Source: an uncultured Bacteroidota bacterium (GTDB lineage: Bacteria > Bacteroidota > Bacteroidia > Bacteroidales > VadinHA17). From it: DNA of 64,000 bases. Below, in pieces: positions 50,363 through 62,371 of the stretch. Within the stretch, counting starts at the first letter, position 1; every line of letters starts with the position of its first letter. The stretch lies in assembly GCA_963772715.1 (NCBI GenBank), contig CAVYYM010000041.1:73345-137344 (forward strand), written 5' to 3'. A program made the translations under genes and the position numbers. A model generated the notes under the pieces. The model was not told where the DNA came from. It searched no databases and was given only the letters and a program-made list of their open reading frames with translations.

Positions 50363-51193
50363 ATGAAAAAGGCAATTACATTATTGTTGATTCCGGCACT
50401 TCTAGTTGGCTTATCAGGCATTACCGGTTGCAGGCAGGACGCAGAAAAAAGAGTGAAAAGGGAAAATCAGAAAAGAGAATTGGAAAAGATTGATACTATC
50501 GAAAAGAGCATTGAAAAGAACGTTTATCCCTTGCCTACATCGGCCGAAGTCATCAAGATGCTTTCCGATCTGGACGTGGGATATCAGTTTGGTCTCACCA
50601 ACCCGAAGGAGAGTGCCTCCAAATATATAAGCAGTTATTCAAGATCCGTCAATATGGGTGTTTTCGGGGCAGACCTGAGCTACTGCACGCTCTATAATAT
50701 CAACCAGGAAGTGATAAATTATCTCAATGCTATCAGGACTATTGCCAACGAGCTCAATATGTCGAAGATTTATGACGAGACACTTTATGACAGGATAAAG
50801 GCAAATGTCGACAAGAAGGACGAGCTTGTATTGATTCTGACAGATGCATTTAACAAGACCTACAGCTATCTGGCAGAAAATGAACAGCAGAATCTTGCAC
50901 TGCTGGTTGTCGGAGGCGCATGGGTTGAGGGAATGTATCTCACATGCAACGTTTCAGAGGCTGCATACCAGGTGGCAGGCATATCCGAAAACCTTTTAAC
51001 GCAGAAGAAATCATTTGATATGTACCTTGAAATTACAAAACCCTATCAAACAGATCCTTACATATCAGATTTTCTGAAGAAGCTTGAGCCTATCAAAAAA
51101 GTATATGCAGGATTGACAACAAGCCTCACAATGCAGAATATTATGGATATTACGAAAGCCATTAATGAAATAAGGGTACAGATAATACAGTAA
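50363..51193 (+). CDS. Hypothetical lipoprotein (predicted all-helical)
   Basis: Signal plus lipobox (LVGLSGITGC). 276 aa. I recognise no family. Confidence 0.55.
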   Translation: MKKAITLLLIPALLVGLSGITGCRQDAEKRVKRENQKRELEKIDTIEKSIEKNVYPLPTSAEVIKMLSDLDVGYQFGLTNPKESASKYISSYSRSVNMGVFGADLSYCTLYNINQEVINYLNAIRTIANELNMSKIYDETLYDRIKANVDKKDELVLILTDAFNKTYSYLAENEQQNLALLVVGGAWVEGMYLTCNVSEAAYQVAGISENLLTQKKSFDMYLEITKPYQTDPYISDFLKKLEPIKKVYAGLTTSLTMQNIMDITKAINEIRVQIIQ

Positions 51194-51210
51194 TATATTG
51201 GAGCATAGCT

Positions 51211-51245
51211 GACCGCAAAGCTTAATTCTTTGCGGTCTTTTTTTT
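51211..51245 (+). terminator. Canonical intrinsic terminator (10-bp stem plus U8)
   Basis: gaccgcaaag / cttaatt / ctttgcggtc followed by tttttttt. It starts 18 nt after the lipoprotein stop and ends 12 nt before the ATG at 51258. Confidence 0.75.
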
Positions 51246-51257
51246 ATAGGATGTTTT

Positions 51258-54200
51258 ATGAGGGAATCTGTTTTATTGGCGCTGATCCATATTTTTGCAA
51301 TTGTCTCCACCGTTAATCCGGTTGGCATAACATCGCGGGGACGAAAAATACTTCGCAGCTACCTGAGACGATACCTCAACAGGGAACTTGAAGAAGAGTA
51401 CTATGCACTTTTCGAAAATAACCTGGAATTCTATTCCAATGAGCTGAAAAGCGTCGACAGGGCAGAACTGTCAGACGACGATTCCCTGATCTCCTTTCAG
51501 ATCACAAACATTTGCAGACAGATCAAGAAAGGCCTTTTCCTCGACGAGCGGATGCTGGTGTTCCTTCAGCTGATGGAGTTTGCCTATGAGGACGGAATGA
51601 TCTCCGACCAGGAAAAGACAATTATCGACATAGTAGCCAAAACCTTTAATATTTCAAAGAAGGAATATGACAATGCCTCTGCATTCATGATAGGCAGAAA
51701 CTTCGATGAGATCTCACCCGAATGTATCCTGATAATTGAAAGCGATAATCCGGAATTATCGGCAGCCGGAACATTCAGGAACTATGAAATGTGGCGGCAT
51801 ATAAGGATAAAGGGATTCAAAGGACAGCTTATGGTGCTTCATATCGAAAGCACAGGCACTCTGCTGCTGACTTATGACGGGCCTCTGGCGCTTTACTTCA
51901 AGGGCCGCGACATCATCGCATGCCGTCCTTACCTTCTCGAGCGTGGCGTGAACATCAAGGGCATCGGCATCGAGCCCATATATTATTCCAAGATTTACAA
52001 GAAATTCGTTTCAATTAATTTCCCTGAAAAGGTTGTCTTCGAGGGACATGATGTTGAATACTTCTTCAAGAACTCTGACAACGGGATTCAGAAAATGAAT
52101 TTCAGGGTAGAATCCGGTAACATGATAGGCATCATGGGAGGCAGCGGCGTCGGAAAAACGACGATGCTGAACCTTCTTCATGGTAAAATGGAGCCGACTA
52201 ACGGTAATCTTTTCATCAACGGCTATGATATACATTCCGATGCTGAAGCGATAAAAGGCATGATAGGATATGTCCCGCAGGATGACATGCTTATCGAAGA
52301 GCTGACCGTTTACCAGAATCTATATTTCAACGCCAGGCTCTGCTTCGGTGATTATACCGAGGAACAGCTTGATTCTACCGTTAATAAAGTTCTTGCCGAC
52401 CTTGACCTGCATGACATTAAGGACATGCAGGTCGGAGATATCATGAATAAAAAAGTGAGCGGTGGTCAGCGCAAGAGACTCAATATAGGACTTGAACTGA
52501 TGAGGGAACCGGTGGTGATGTTTATCGATGAACCGACCTCGGGACTCTCGTCCTTCGATTCGATGAAGGTAATGGCCCTGCTCAGGCATCTGGCACTGAG
52601 CGGGAAACTTGTATTTGCCAACATTCACCAGCCTTCTTCGGAAATATTGAAGATGTTTGACAGGCTCTGGATCCTCGACCGGGGCGGTTATATGATCTAT
52701 GACGGAGACCCTGTCGAAGCCCTGGTATATTTCAAGACCGAGACTTCACAGGCCAATGCAGCGGAAAGCGAATGCCCCAACTGCGGCAACATTGAAACGG
52801 ACGATATTCTTCAGATAGTCGAGGTCAAGATGATTGACAACGAAGGCCTGCCGGGAAAAGAGCGGCAGGTGAGCCCGAAGGAGTGGAATGAAAAGTACAG
52901 GAAGAAGATGATGCCTGTCTCATCGCCACCTGCGGAAAAGAGTCATATCTCCCCCAGCAATTTCAAGGTTCCGGGAAGGAGTGATCAGATGAGGACATTC
53001 ATCAGGCGGAACATCACACGCAAGATAGCTGACAAGCAGTATATGATCATAAACCTGATCGAAGCCCCCCTCCTTGCCATGATCCTCGGATATATCTCAA
53101 AATACAGTGAGGATGGAAAATACCTTTTCTCGACAAACATAAATTACCCTGTTTTTCTCTTCATGTCAATAATTGTAGCGCTGTTCATCGGGCTGACTGT
53201 TAGTGCAGAAGAGATATACAGGGACAGAAAAATACTTGAAAGGGAGAAATTCCTGGACCTCAGTCGCCTGAGCTACCTGTTGTCAAAGATCAATTTCCTG
53301 TTTGCACTTTCCGCAATACAGACACTGTCGTTCGTGATAGTGGCAAGCCTTATCCTGGAGATCCGGGGGATGTTGCTTCAGCAATGGCTGATACTGTTCT
53401 CTGTAGCCTGCTTTGGAAATATTCTCGGACTCAACATATCTGCAGGCATGCGAACGGCTGTCAGCATCTACATACTTATCCCGCTCCTGCTTGTGCCACA
53501 ACTGATCCTGGGAGGTGCCATGATCAAATTCGACGATCTTCACAAGTCGTTCACCAGAAAAATTTATGTGCCGGTTCTTGGCGACATTATGGCAACACGA
53601 TGGGCATATGAAGCACTGACAGTCGAACAGTTCAAAGCCAACCGATTTGAAAAGCCTTTCTTCGAATATGACATGAAGATGAGCCAGAGCGAGTGGAATA
53701 CAAGCTTCCTTATTCCGATGCTTAAAGTGAAAGTGGAAGAGTGTGAAGTTGCCGGGAAGAAACCGGAGTTCAGGGAATTATCAGAAAACAACATCCGGAA
53801 ACTGAATTTCCATATCAGGGAGCTTGCGAAGGCAACCGGTATTAAACCAGGTACATGGATCAATGAGATCAATTATACACGTTTTAATGATATTTCAGGA
53901 GATGAGGCTAAGGCCTGGCTCGACAGTATAAAGACAACACTCAGAAAAGAAATCAACAAATGGACACTTGAGCGTGATTCAGTCTACATGGAGAAGGCTA
54001 AGCAGATAGGAGAAGGCAAGCTGCTTAGACAGAGGGAGACAGACTATAATGACCGGCTCGCAGATTTTGTACTCAATCGCACGACAACCAATAAGATCTA
54101 TGAGTCAGAAAACAAGCTGATACAGAAAGCCGATCCTATATTTATGTCCCCGGGTTCGAAGTATGGACGCGCACATTTTTATGCCCCATACAAACAACTG

Positions 54201-54372
54201 GGAAACCTAAGAATAGGGACAATGTTCTTTAACGTGGCAATGATCTGGCTAATGACGCATCACCTTTTTCGCCTCACTTTATTATAACCTCCTTAAAAGG
54301 CTGATTGTGTTGCTGGAAAGGCTCAACCTGCCCATCTGGAGAAAATTCGGAAGGGAGCTCCTTCAGAAGTAA
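51258..54372 (+). pseudogene. ABCG-like ABC transporter (NBD then ABC-2 TMD) with a ~260-aa N-terminal extension; +1 frameshift near 54255-54260 in the last TM helix
   Basis: - NBD motifs: Walker A GGSGVGKTT, signature VSGGQRKRLNIG, Walker B VMFIDEPTSGLSS, H-loop IHQPS.
- After ...AMIWLMT, frame 1 continues ITFFASLYYNLLKRLIVLLERLNLPIWRKFGRELLQK*, with its stop at 54370-54372. Confidence 0.8.
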
Positions 54373-54399
54373 GTTACGATAAAGCTTAACTACCGGACG

Positions 54400-55179
54400 A
54401 TGAGCAGGGTACAGGCAAAGAAAAATCTCGGACAGCACTTTCTGAAGGACAAAACCATTGCTTCAGCAATTGCAGACTCCCTGACAGGCCGGGGATATGC
54501 TTCAGTTCTTGAGATAGGCCCCGGCACAGGAATACTGACAGATTTCCTTATTGAAAAGAGATTTCCTGATTTCAGGGTCATCGAGATCGACAACGAATCG
54601 GCTCATTATCTGAAAGAACACTACCCGTCACTGGATATTATCAGGGGTGATTTCCTTACAATGGATCTTGGGGAGACTTTCCCGGGTAGCCTGGCAGTCA
54701 TCGGCAATTTCCCATACAACATTTCCACCCAGATCCTGTTCAGGGTACTGGAAAACAGGAACAAGGTAGTCGAGCTTTGCGGGATGTTCCAGAAGGAGGT
54801 GGCCGAAAGGATCTGTGCCTCACCGGGGAATAAGACTTATGGCATTACGAGTGTGCTGCTTCAGGCATACTTCGATACGGAATATCTGTTTACCGTGCCG
54901 GAACATGTTTTTTCGCCTCCGCCGAAGGTGAAATCGGGAGTGATCAGGCTGAGAAGAAACTCTGTCGAAGATATTGGCTGCGATGAGAAACTGTTCACGA
55001 GAGTGGTAAAGGCAGGATTCAACCAAAGGCGGAAGACCCTGAGGAACTCGATTAAATCGGCTTTCACACTTAAAAATGAAGATTACAGGGATTTTTCCCT
55101 GAGGCCTGAACAGCTTTCCGTCAGCCAGTTTATTGAACTAACGAACTGGATTGACAGGAACCGCATCCTATCCGAATGA
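54400..55179 (+). CDS. rsmA: 16S rRNA (adenine1518/1519-N6)-dimethyltransferase RsmA/KsgA
   Basis: KKNLGQHFL, the SAM motif [12 protein letters not shown], and GNFPYNIST. Confidence 0.92.
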   Translation: MSRVQAKKNLGQHFLKDKTIASAIADSLTGRGYASVLEIGPGTGILTDFLIEKRFPDFRVIEIDNESAHYLKEHYPSLDIIRGDFLTMDLGETFPGSLAVIGNFPYNISTQILFRVLENRNKVVELCGMFQKEVAERICASPGNKTYGITSVLLQAYFDTEYLFTVPEHVFSPPPKVKSGVIRLRRNSVEDIGCDEKLFTRVVKAGFNQRRKTLRNSIKSAFTLKNEDYRDFSLRPEQLSVSQFIELTNWIDRNRILSE

Positions 55180-56418
55180 ATAACCTATGGCATCTACAGG
55201 ATTCATCTTTGCGGCAGACCAGGCAGGAGCGTATCCTGCAACGATTCCAATAACGCCTGAAATCCCCACTGCAAGAAGTATATTACTGAATGTCAGGTAC
55301 ATATTCAAATCCCAGTTGTAGTTGACGATAAGCGTGCCGATGAAGATAAGCAATACACCCAGCAGGCCGCCTATCACTGAGAGAAGTACCGATTCTGTAA
55401 GAAACTGATACAATATGAAGGCCCGCTTTGCTCCGAGTGCTTTCTGGATTCCTATGATATTGGTCCTTTCCCTCACTGAGACGAACATTATATTCGCTAT
55501 CCCGAAACCGCCAACCAGTATTGCGAAACCGCCGATAAGCCATCCTCCGATATTAATTCCTGCAAATACGCCTGCGAAACCCTGTGTGATCATGCTGGCC
55601 TTATTGATCGAGAAGTTTGTCGTCTCCACAGGACTAAGCCTCCTTGCGGCTCTCAGTATCATCGTGACCTCATCAGTAAGCTCCTCGACAGGGACATTTT
55701 CCTTTGACTTTATCATTACCATGGAGTTAAGGAAAGCGCTCCTCATGTTTATGAAATTCCTGCCGAAAGTGTATGGAATGACAGTCCCTTCATCCATTCC
55801 GCTGTCTGCAATACCTCCTTTCCCTTCCCTCTTGAATACGCCGATCACATTTGTTTTGTGGCCTCCGATAACGATTTGCTTTCCAATCGGATCTGCCTTT
55901 TCAAATAGTCTTTTGGCTACTTCGTAACCGATGATGGCAACATTCTTGCCTGAAGCGGATTCTTCAGGTGAAAAATATCTCCCCTTTTCTATCTCGAATG
56001 ATCTCAGGTTCTCAAATTCATGGGTTACCGCCAATACCACGGCATCACTGGCCTGGTTCTGACGGTATTTTATATTCTGGGGCTGATAAACATAAAAACA
56101 TGCTGTTTCCGATTTTGTCGAATTTTCGAGGACAGTCTTATAATCTGAAATTGTAACTGAAGGCCATTTAATTATATCCCACCATGCAAGGTTGCGATCA
56201 AATGACCAGGGCCATTTCTGAACATAGACCACGTTATCCCCAAGAGTGGCGATTGTATCGCGAACAGCTTTCTCCATCCAGTCGATCACGGTGAAAACCG
56301 AGATGATTGAAAATATGCCGATAGTTATGCCGAAAAGCGAGAGGAAGGTCCTTAATTTATTGACTACCACTGAATTGACGGCAAATAAAAAGCTCTCTTT
56401 TAACAGTCTGAAAAACAT
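55168..56418 (-). CDS. ABC transporter permease, MacB/FtsX-type
   Basis: 416 aa. It has an N-terminal TM helix, a periplasmic MacB_PCD-like domain and a C-terminal 3-TM FtsX domain ([13 protein letters not shown]). Confidence 0.85.
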   Translation of the reverse strand: MFFRLLKESFLFAVNSVVVNKLRTFLSLFGITIGIFSIISVFTVIDWMEKAVRDTIATLGDNVVYVQKWPWSFDRNLAWWDIIKWPSVTISDYKTVLENSTKSETACFYVYQPQNIKYRQNQASDAVVLAVTHEFENLRSFEIEKGRYFSPEESASGKNVAIIGYEVAKRLFEKADPIGKQIVIGGHKTNVIGVFKREGKGGIADSGMDEGTVIPYTFGRNFINMRSAFLNSMVMIKSKENVPVEELTDEVTMILRAARRLSPVETTNFSINKASMITQGFAGVFAGINIGGWLIGGFAILVGGFGIANIMFVSVRERTNIIGIQKALGAKRAFILYQFLTESVLLSVIGGLLGVLLIFIGTLIVNYNWDLNMYLTFSNILLAVGISGVIGIVAGYAPAWSAAKMNPVDAIGYSFG

Positions 56419-56599
56419 CCTTTACAATTTACTTTGAAACTGAGGTTCAAAGATAAAAAAAATCAAAGGTACAGAGCCAAAAAATTCTCTTAATTGAACG
56501 GTTGCTTATAATCATATCCGTTATTTATTGAGGATTATAAAAAAATATATACTTTTAATCGCCTAAAAAAACCTGCAATCCATTCAAAAAAATCAGGCA

Positions 56600-58123
56600 A
56601 TGAGTGAGAAAAAAATTAAGAGTGCTTTAATATCCGTATTCTATAAGGACGGACTTGACGAGATCGTAAAAACACTTCATAGCCTGGATGTTAAGATATG
56701 GTCGACGGGCGGGACATTCACTTTTATAAACGATCTGGGAATACCTGCTGAAAAAGTTGAGGATCTGACGACATATCCATCCATACTTGGCGGCAGGGTT
56801 AAAACACTTCATCCTTCAGTCTTCGGCGGAATACTTGCCAGGAGAGAAAATAGCGAGGATATGGAGCAGGTCAAAAAATACAAAATACCGGAAATAGACC
56901 TCGTAATAGTTGACCTGTATCCCTTTGAACAGACTGTAAAGACAGTTACAGATGAAGAAGAGATTATCGAGAAGATAGACATCGGAGGCATATCCCTGAT
57001 CAGGGCAGCAGCAAAAAACTACAATGATGTTCTGATAGTTTCATGCAGGGAACAGTACCCGGCACTTCTGGCCATTCTTAAGGAAAAGAAAGGCTTAACA
57101 TCGTTGAATGAGAGAAGATTCTATGCGGCAGAAGCTTTCAAAACTTCTTCGAACTACGATACTGCAATCTTCAAATATTTCAACAGGGAAGCGAAGATAG
57201 AAGCGTTCAGGGAAAGCATAAATGAATCATATCCTTTGAGATATGGGGAAAATCCTCATCAGAAGGGAATTTTTTACGGCAATCCTGACCAGCTTTTCGA
57301 AAAGCTCCATGGCAAGGAAATATCATACAACAATTTACTCGATATCGAATCGGCGCTTAACCTGATCGATGAATTTTCCGAGACGACATTTGTGATCATC
57401 AAGCATAATAACGCCTGTGGCGCAGCTTCCAGAAAAAACGTCACCGAAGCGTGGAAGGATGCTCTTGCTTGTGATCCGGTGTCGGCATTTGGCGGGGTGA
57501 TTGTAACAAATGTTACAATTGATGATGCCACGGCTGCAGAGATCGACAAGATCTTTTTTGAAATAGTAATTGCACCGGGTTTCACTGACAAAGCTGTTGA
57601 AATACTCGGGCAGAAAAAAAACAGGATCATTCTCAGGCGCAAGGAGATAATTAAAAACTCGTATAATTTCAGGGCTCTTCTTAACGGTGTGCTCTGGCAG
57701 GAGCGTGACAACAGCACACAGGCCGGCAGTGATATGAAGCCTGTCTCGAAGAGAGCGCCTGAACCATCGGAAATAGACGATCTTGTTTTTGCCAACATCA
57801 TAGTCAAGCACAGCAAATCGAATGCTATAGTGCTTGCCAGAAACAAGCAGCTTTGCGCCAGCGGTATAGGCCAGACATCAAGAGTCGATTCATTGAAGCA
57901 GGCTATCGAAAAGGCAGCCACATTCGGTTTCGACCTAAAAGGATCGGTGATGGCATCGGATGCATTTTTCCCGTTTGCCGACTGCGTAGAAATTGCGCAT
58001 AAGGCTGGAGTGACAGCTGTGGTGGAGCCAGGCGGTTCGGTGCGCGACCAGGAATCGATCGACTACTGTTCAGCCAATGGGATGGCAATGGTATTTACGG
58101 GAGTAAGACATTTTAAACACTAA
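56600..58123 (+). CDS. purH: Bifunctional AICAR transformylase / IMP cyclohydrolase
   Basis: ALISVFYKDGL..., GGRVKTLHP, IDLVIVDLYPF, and the C-terminal GGSVRDQESI...MVFTGVRHFKH. Confidence 0.95.
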   Translation: MSEKKIKSALISVFYKDGLDEIVKTLHSLDVKIWSTGGTFTFINDLGIPAEKVEDLTTYPSILGGRVKTLHPSVFGGILARRENSEDMEQVKKYKIPEIDLVIVDLYPFEQTVKTVTDEEEIIEKIDIGGISLIRAAAKNYNDVLIVSCREQYPALLAILKEKKGLTSLNERRFYAAEAFKTSSNYDTAIFKYFNREAKIEAFRESINESYPLRYGENPHQKGIFYGNPDQLFEKLHGKEISYNNLLDIESALNLIDEFSETTFVIIKHNNACGAASRKNVTEAWKDALACDPVSAFGGVIVTNVTIDDATAAEIDKIFFEIVIAPGFTDKAVEILGQKKNRIILRRKEIIKNSYNFRALLNGVLWQERDNSTQAGSDMKPVSKRAPEPSEIDDLVFANIIVKHSKSNAIVLARNKQLCASGIGQTSRVDSLKQAIEKAATFGFDLKGSVMASDAFFPFADCVEIAHKAGVTAVVEPGGSVRDQESIDYCSANGMAMVFTGVRHFKH

Positions 58124-58142
58124 TTCTAATTCATAATATTCA

Positions 58143-59165
58143 ATGGGACTATTTTCATTTTTAACGCAGGAGATTGCTATAGATCTCGGGACGGCAAACA
58201 CTATCATTATTCACAACGACAAGATAGTTGTCGATGAACCTTCGATAGTTGCGATAGACAGGAACACGGGAAAGCTTATAGCAATAGGGGAGCAGGCAAG
58301 GCAGATGCATGGCAAAACACATGAGAACATAAAGACGATCAGACCTTTGCATGACGGTGTTATTGCCGACTTCAATGCTGCCGAGCTGATGATAAGGGGA
58401 ATGATAAAAATGATAAACAAGGGGAACCAGCTTTTTGCGCCGTCACTGAAAATCGTGGTGGGTATCCCGTCAGGAAGCACCGAGGTGGAGATCCGTGCAG
58501 TACGAGACTCCTCCGAGCATGCAGGTGGCCGCGACGTTTATATGATCCATGAGCCTATGGCTGCTGCCATCGGTATAGGACTCGATGTTCTGGCTCCTGA
58601 AGGTTCAATGGTAATTGACATCGGAGGTGGAACAACCGAAATAGCTGTCATTGCCCTGGGAGGTATCGTATGCAACAAATCCATCAGAATCGCAGGTGAC
58701 GGATTTACATCTGATATCCAGGCATATATGAGACATCAGCATAATATCAAGATAGGCGAGAAAACTGCTGAAGACATCAAGATAGGAGTAGGAGCTGCAC
58801 TTCCTGATATCGATAATCCTCCAGCCGATTATATTGTAAGGGGACCTAATATCATGACTGCCCTGCCGATAGAGGTGCCGGTGTCGTACCAGGAGATCGC
58901 ATACTGTCTCGATAAGTCATTATCGAAAGTGGAGGCAGCCCTTCTGAGCGTTCTCGAACAGACTCCTCCCGAGCTTTATGCCGATATCGTGAACAAGGGA
59001 ATATATATGGCAGGGGGAGGCTCTCTTCTGAGAGGCCTTGCAAAGAGGTTTACAGATAAAATAAATATAAATTTCAACGTGGTTGAAGATCCTCTTCATG
59101 CCGTAGCACGCGGTACGGGAGTGGCACTTAAAAATGTCGATAAGTTTCCGTTCCTTATGAGATAA
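58143..59165 (+). CDS. mreB: Rod shape-determining protein MreB
   Basis: IAIDLGTANT, EPMAAAIG, DIGGGTTEIAV and GIYMAGGGSLLRGL. Confidence 0.95.
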   Translation: MGLFSFLTQEIAIDLGTANTIIIHNDKIVVDEPSIVAIDRNTGKLIAIGEQARQMHGKTHENIKTIRPLHDGVIADFNAAELMIRGMIKMINKGNQLFAPSLKIVVGIPSGSTEVEIRAVRDSSEHAGGRDVYMIHEPMAAAIGIGLDVLAPEGSMVIDIGGGTTEIAVIALGGIVCNKSIRIAGDGFTSDIQAYMRHQHNIKIGEKTAEDIKIGVGAALPDIDNPPADYIVRGPNIMTALPIEVPVSYQEIAYCLDKSLSKVEAALLSVLEQTPPELYADIVNKGIYMAGGGSLLRGLAKRFTDKININFNVVEDPLHAVARGTGVALKNVDKFPFLMR

Positions 59166-59178
59166 CAGGCTTGAGTGA

Positions 59179-60000
59179 ATGAGAAATCTGCTGAACTTTC
59201 TGGCCAAGTATAATCACCTGATAATCTTTCTTGTGCTCGAGGGGATTGCATTTTACATGCTGGGAACGGCCAACAGTTATCACAATACCAGGATGGTAAA
59301 GGGCTTCAGGGGATTGTCTGCCGGAATTGAAAAACGGGTGAGCAATGCAAGGTCATATTTTCATCTGAGGGAAATAAGCCAGTCTTTATCCAGGGAGAAT
59401 GCCTTACTCAGGACAACAATCGGACGGCTGGCACAGAAAGAAGATGATCTTTTTTTTTCTGTAGCTGACACAGTACGTCATCAGCATTATACTTACACCT
59501 CAGCTGAGGTGGTCAATAATTCGGTTAACAGGCAGAAAAATTTCTTTACAATCAACAAGGGAAGTCTGCAAGGCATGTCGGTCGATATGGCAGTCATGTC
59601 AGGAGATTGCGTCGCCGGGGTTATTGTGGGCTGCTCCAGTAACTATTCCGTGGCGATGTCGCTGCTAAATCTCGATTTCCGTATAAGTGCAAGACTGAAA
59701 TCAAATGGTTATTTCGGATCGCTGAGCTGGGACGGGAAGGATTATCGTCATGCCGTTCTGAATGAAATACCACAGCATGTGACATTCGGAATAGGAGACA
59801 CTATTGAGACGACAAGCTATTCCGCCGTTTTCCCCGGGGGGATCATGATTGGTACAGTCAGCGGTTTTGAGAAATCCGGCGGAGACTTTTTCACGATAGA
59901 AGTTGCGCTGGCCAGCGATTTCAAGAAACTTCGTTTCGTCAGTGTTGTCGGCAATCTGATGAAAGAGGAACAAATTGAACTTGAAAACAGATTTCAATGA
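59179..60000 (+). CDS. mreC: Rod shape-determining protein MreC
   Basis: Positioned after mreB. It has an N-terminal TM helix, a coiled coil (LSRENALLRTTI) and a beta-rich C-terminal domain (G.VVG.V, FPGGIMIGTV). Confidence 0.88.
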   Translation: MRNLLNFLAKYNHLIIFLVLEGIAFYMLGTANSYHNTRMVKGFRGLSAGIEKRVSNARSYFHLREISQSLSRENALLRTTIGRLAQKEDDLFFSVADTVRHQHYTYTSAEVVNNSVNRQKNFFTINKGSLQGMSVDMAVMSGDCVAGVIVGCSSNYSVAMSLLNLDFRISARLKSNGYFGSLSWDGKDYRHAVLNEIPQHVTFGIGDTIETTSYSAVFPGGIMIGTVSGFEKSGGDFFTIEVALASDFKKLRFVSVVGNLMKEEQIELENRFQ

Positions 60001-60503
60001 TCAACAGGATTTTAAGACCAGGTCTGATATTCATTATACTGATCCTTCTTCAGGTTCTGCTGTTTAACAATATTCAGTTCAGCGGGTATGTCAACCCATA
60101 CATATATATAATGTTCATACTGGTTCTTCCTGTCGAAATGCAGACATGGCTCCTGCTGATACTATCCTTTGTAACAGGATTGACAGTTGACATCGTCTCG
60201 GGCACTCCCGGAATGCATACTGCAGCCACAGTGCTTGCAGGATTCGTGAGGCCTTATGTTTTACGGATCACCGCTCCAAGGGACGGGTATGAACCGGGTA
60301 TCGATCCATCGATGATGGTCTATGGTTTCAGATGGTTCCTGATGTACGCTTCAATTATCGTCTTCATTCATCATCTTGCACTATTCTATCTGGAGGTGTT
60401 CCGGCTGGCCGATTTTTTCAGGACAATGCTGAGGGTTTTGTTGAGTTCGGTATTCTCAATATCCTTTATAGCTCTGCTCGAATATATACGGAAAGGAAAA
60501 TAA
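59997..60503 (+). CDS. mreD: Rod shape-determining protein MreD
   Basis: 168 aa with 5 TM helices. It overlaps the mreC stop by 4 nt and sits in the conserved mreBCD position. Confidence 0.8.
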   Translation: MINRILRPGLIFIILILLQVLLFNNIQFSGYVNPYIYIMFILVLPVEMQTWLLLILSFVTGLTVDIVSGTPGMHTAATVLAGFVRPYVLRITAPRDGYEPGIDPSMMVYGFRWFLMYASIIVFIHHLALFYLEVFRLADFFRTMLRVLLSSVFSISFIALLEYIRKGK

Positions 60504-60513
60504 TCAGCGGGCT

Positions 60514-62371
60514 ATGAAGGATACTTTCACAAACAGGAAATATGTAATCATAGCAGCTATCGTTCTGGTAGCTGCTGCTTTGATAATCAAACTGTTTGTA
60601 ATACAGGTCGTAAAGGATACCTACAGGCTTTCAGCTGACAATAATGTCCTGAGATATGTCACGCAATACCCGGCACGCGGCCTTATCTACGACCGCAACG
60701 GTAAATTGATGGTATCCAACCAGGCAGCATATGATCTTATGGTCGTGCCTGCACAGACCGGGAAAATGGATACAGCTTTATTCTGCAGCGAACTTGGAAT
60801 AACAATGGAATTTTTCAATGACAGGCTTAAGGCTGCAAAGAATTATAACCGCAAGTCTCCTTCCGTTTTCCTGAAACAGATATCCGCCGAATCTTATGCC
60901 AGGTTTCAGGAAAAGATCTTCATGTACCCCGGATTTTATGTTCAGCCAAGAACTCTGCGGAAATATTCAAGACCTGTGGCTGCGCATCTGCTCGGATATA
61001 TAAGCGAGGTCGACGAAGCGCTGATAAAAAAAGACCCGTATTACAAAATGGGCGACTATATCGGGAAGCTTGGCATCGAGGAGGCGTATGAGAAAGAGCT
61101 GCGCGGAACACGTGGAGTCAAGATCTTCATGGTTGATGTCTTCAGCAGGGTAAAAGGTTCATATGCTGACGGGCGGATGGATACTGTTGCCGTTCACGGC
61201 TCGGATATTATCTCAGGCATTGACTATGACCTTCAGGAGTATGGCGAGAAGCTCATGCAGAATAAGACCGGAAGCATTGTCGCCATCGAACCCAGGACCG
61301 GGGAGATACTGGCTCTGGTTTCATCACCGAACTTTGATCCATCTCTGCTTGTCGGAAGGATACGGTCAGAGAACTTTGCAAAGCTACAGGCCGACACTGT
61401 CCTCAAGCCGCTCTTTAACAGGGCATTCATGGCCTCGTATCCTCCCGGTTCGACATTCAAGCCTATAAACGGACTTATTGGTCTGCAGGAGAAGGTTATT
61501 GTTCCGTCGACAGAGTTCGGGTGCAGCAATGGCTACCATGCCGGACCGATTACGGTAGGGTGTCATTCACACCGGTCCCCGCTTAACCTGATAGAAGCTA
61601 TTGCAAATTCATGCAACTCATACTTCTGCCAGACATACAGGAGAATCCTTGAAAATCAGGAGTATGGTTCGATTTCCGAAGCCTTCGACAAATGGAAAAC
61701 ATATCTGAACGAATTCGGTTTCGGAAAGAAGCTCGGATCGGAATTTCCAAATGAGCTTAATGGTGTAATTCCCTCTTCCGCATATTTCGACAGGTACTAT
61801 AAAAAGGGCGGATGGAAAGCCCTGACAGTGATCTCACTGGCTATCGGCCAGGGCGAGATCGGAACAACTCCGCTCCAGATGGCCAACATGACTGCTGCCA
61901 TTGCAAACAGGGGATATTATTACATTCCTCATATCGTTAAATCAATAGGTGCTGATAGAAAGTATAGAGCCAAGATTCACGGAAAAGCACACGATAAGCA
62001 TCGATTCAGCCAATTTTGAACAAATCATTCTTGGTATGGAGGGAGCCGTGAACGGAGGAGCAGGCTCTACTGCCAGGATTGCCGCGATCGATAGTATAAT
62101 AGTATGCGGAAAGACCGGAACGGCAGAGAATCCGTTTGGAGAGGACCATTCAGTCTTCATTGCCTTTGCGCCAAAGGATGATCCTAAGATTGCAATTGCA
62201 GTGTATGTCGAGAATGCAGGATTCGGCGCAACCTATGCAGCACCCGTGGCAAGCATGATGATTGAAAAATATTTAAAGGGTGCAGTATCGGGAAACAGAA
62301 AATGGCTCGAACAGAGAATGCTGGATTTAAACCTTATAGATTCAATACCGAAAGTTGAAGCGCAGCATTAA
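60514..62371 (+). pseudogene. mrdA: Penicillin-binding protein 2 (elongasome transpeptidase), with a +1 frameshift within 61949-61975
   Basis: ORF 1 has an N-terminal TM helix, PARGLIYDRNG and the active site PPGSTFKP (SxxK). Frame 2 continues ...IEPRFTEKHTISID... with CGKTGTAE (KTG) and DHSVFIAFAP. Confidence 0.88.

Noticed and set aside
56419-56599. A possible ZTP (pfl) or purine riboswitch in the 181-nt spacer upstream of purH.
   Set aside because: The spacer is AT-rich and lacks the conserved GC-rich pfl elements (for example the CCGCCTGGGC-like 3' module) and a purine-riboswitch three-way junction. Only a 7-bp hairpin (ctttgaa/ttcaaag) is present.
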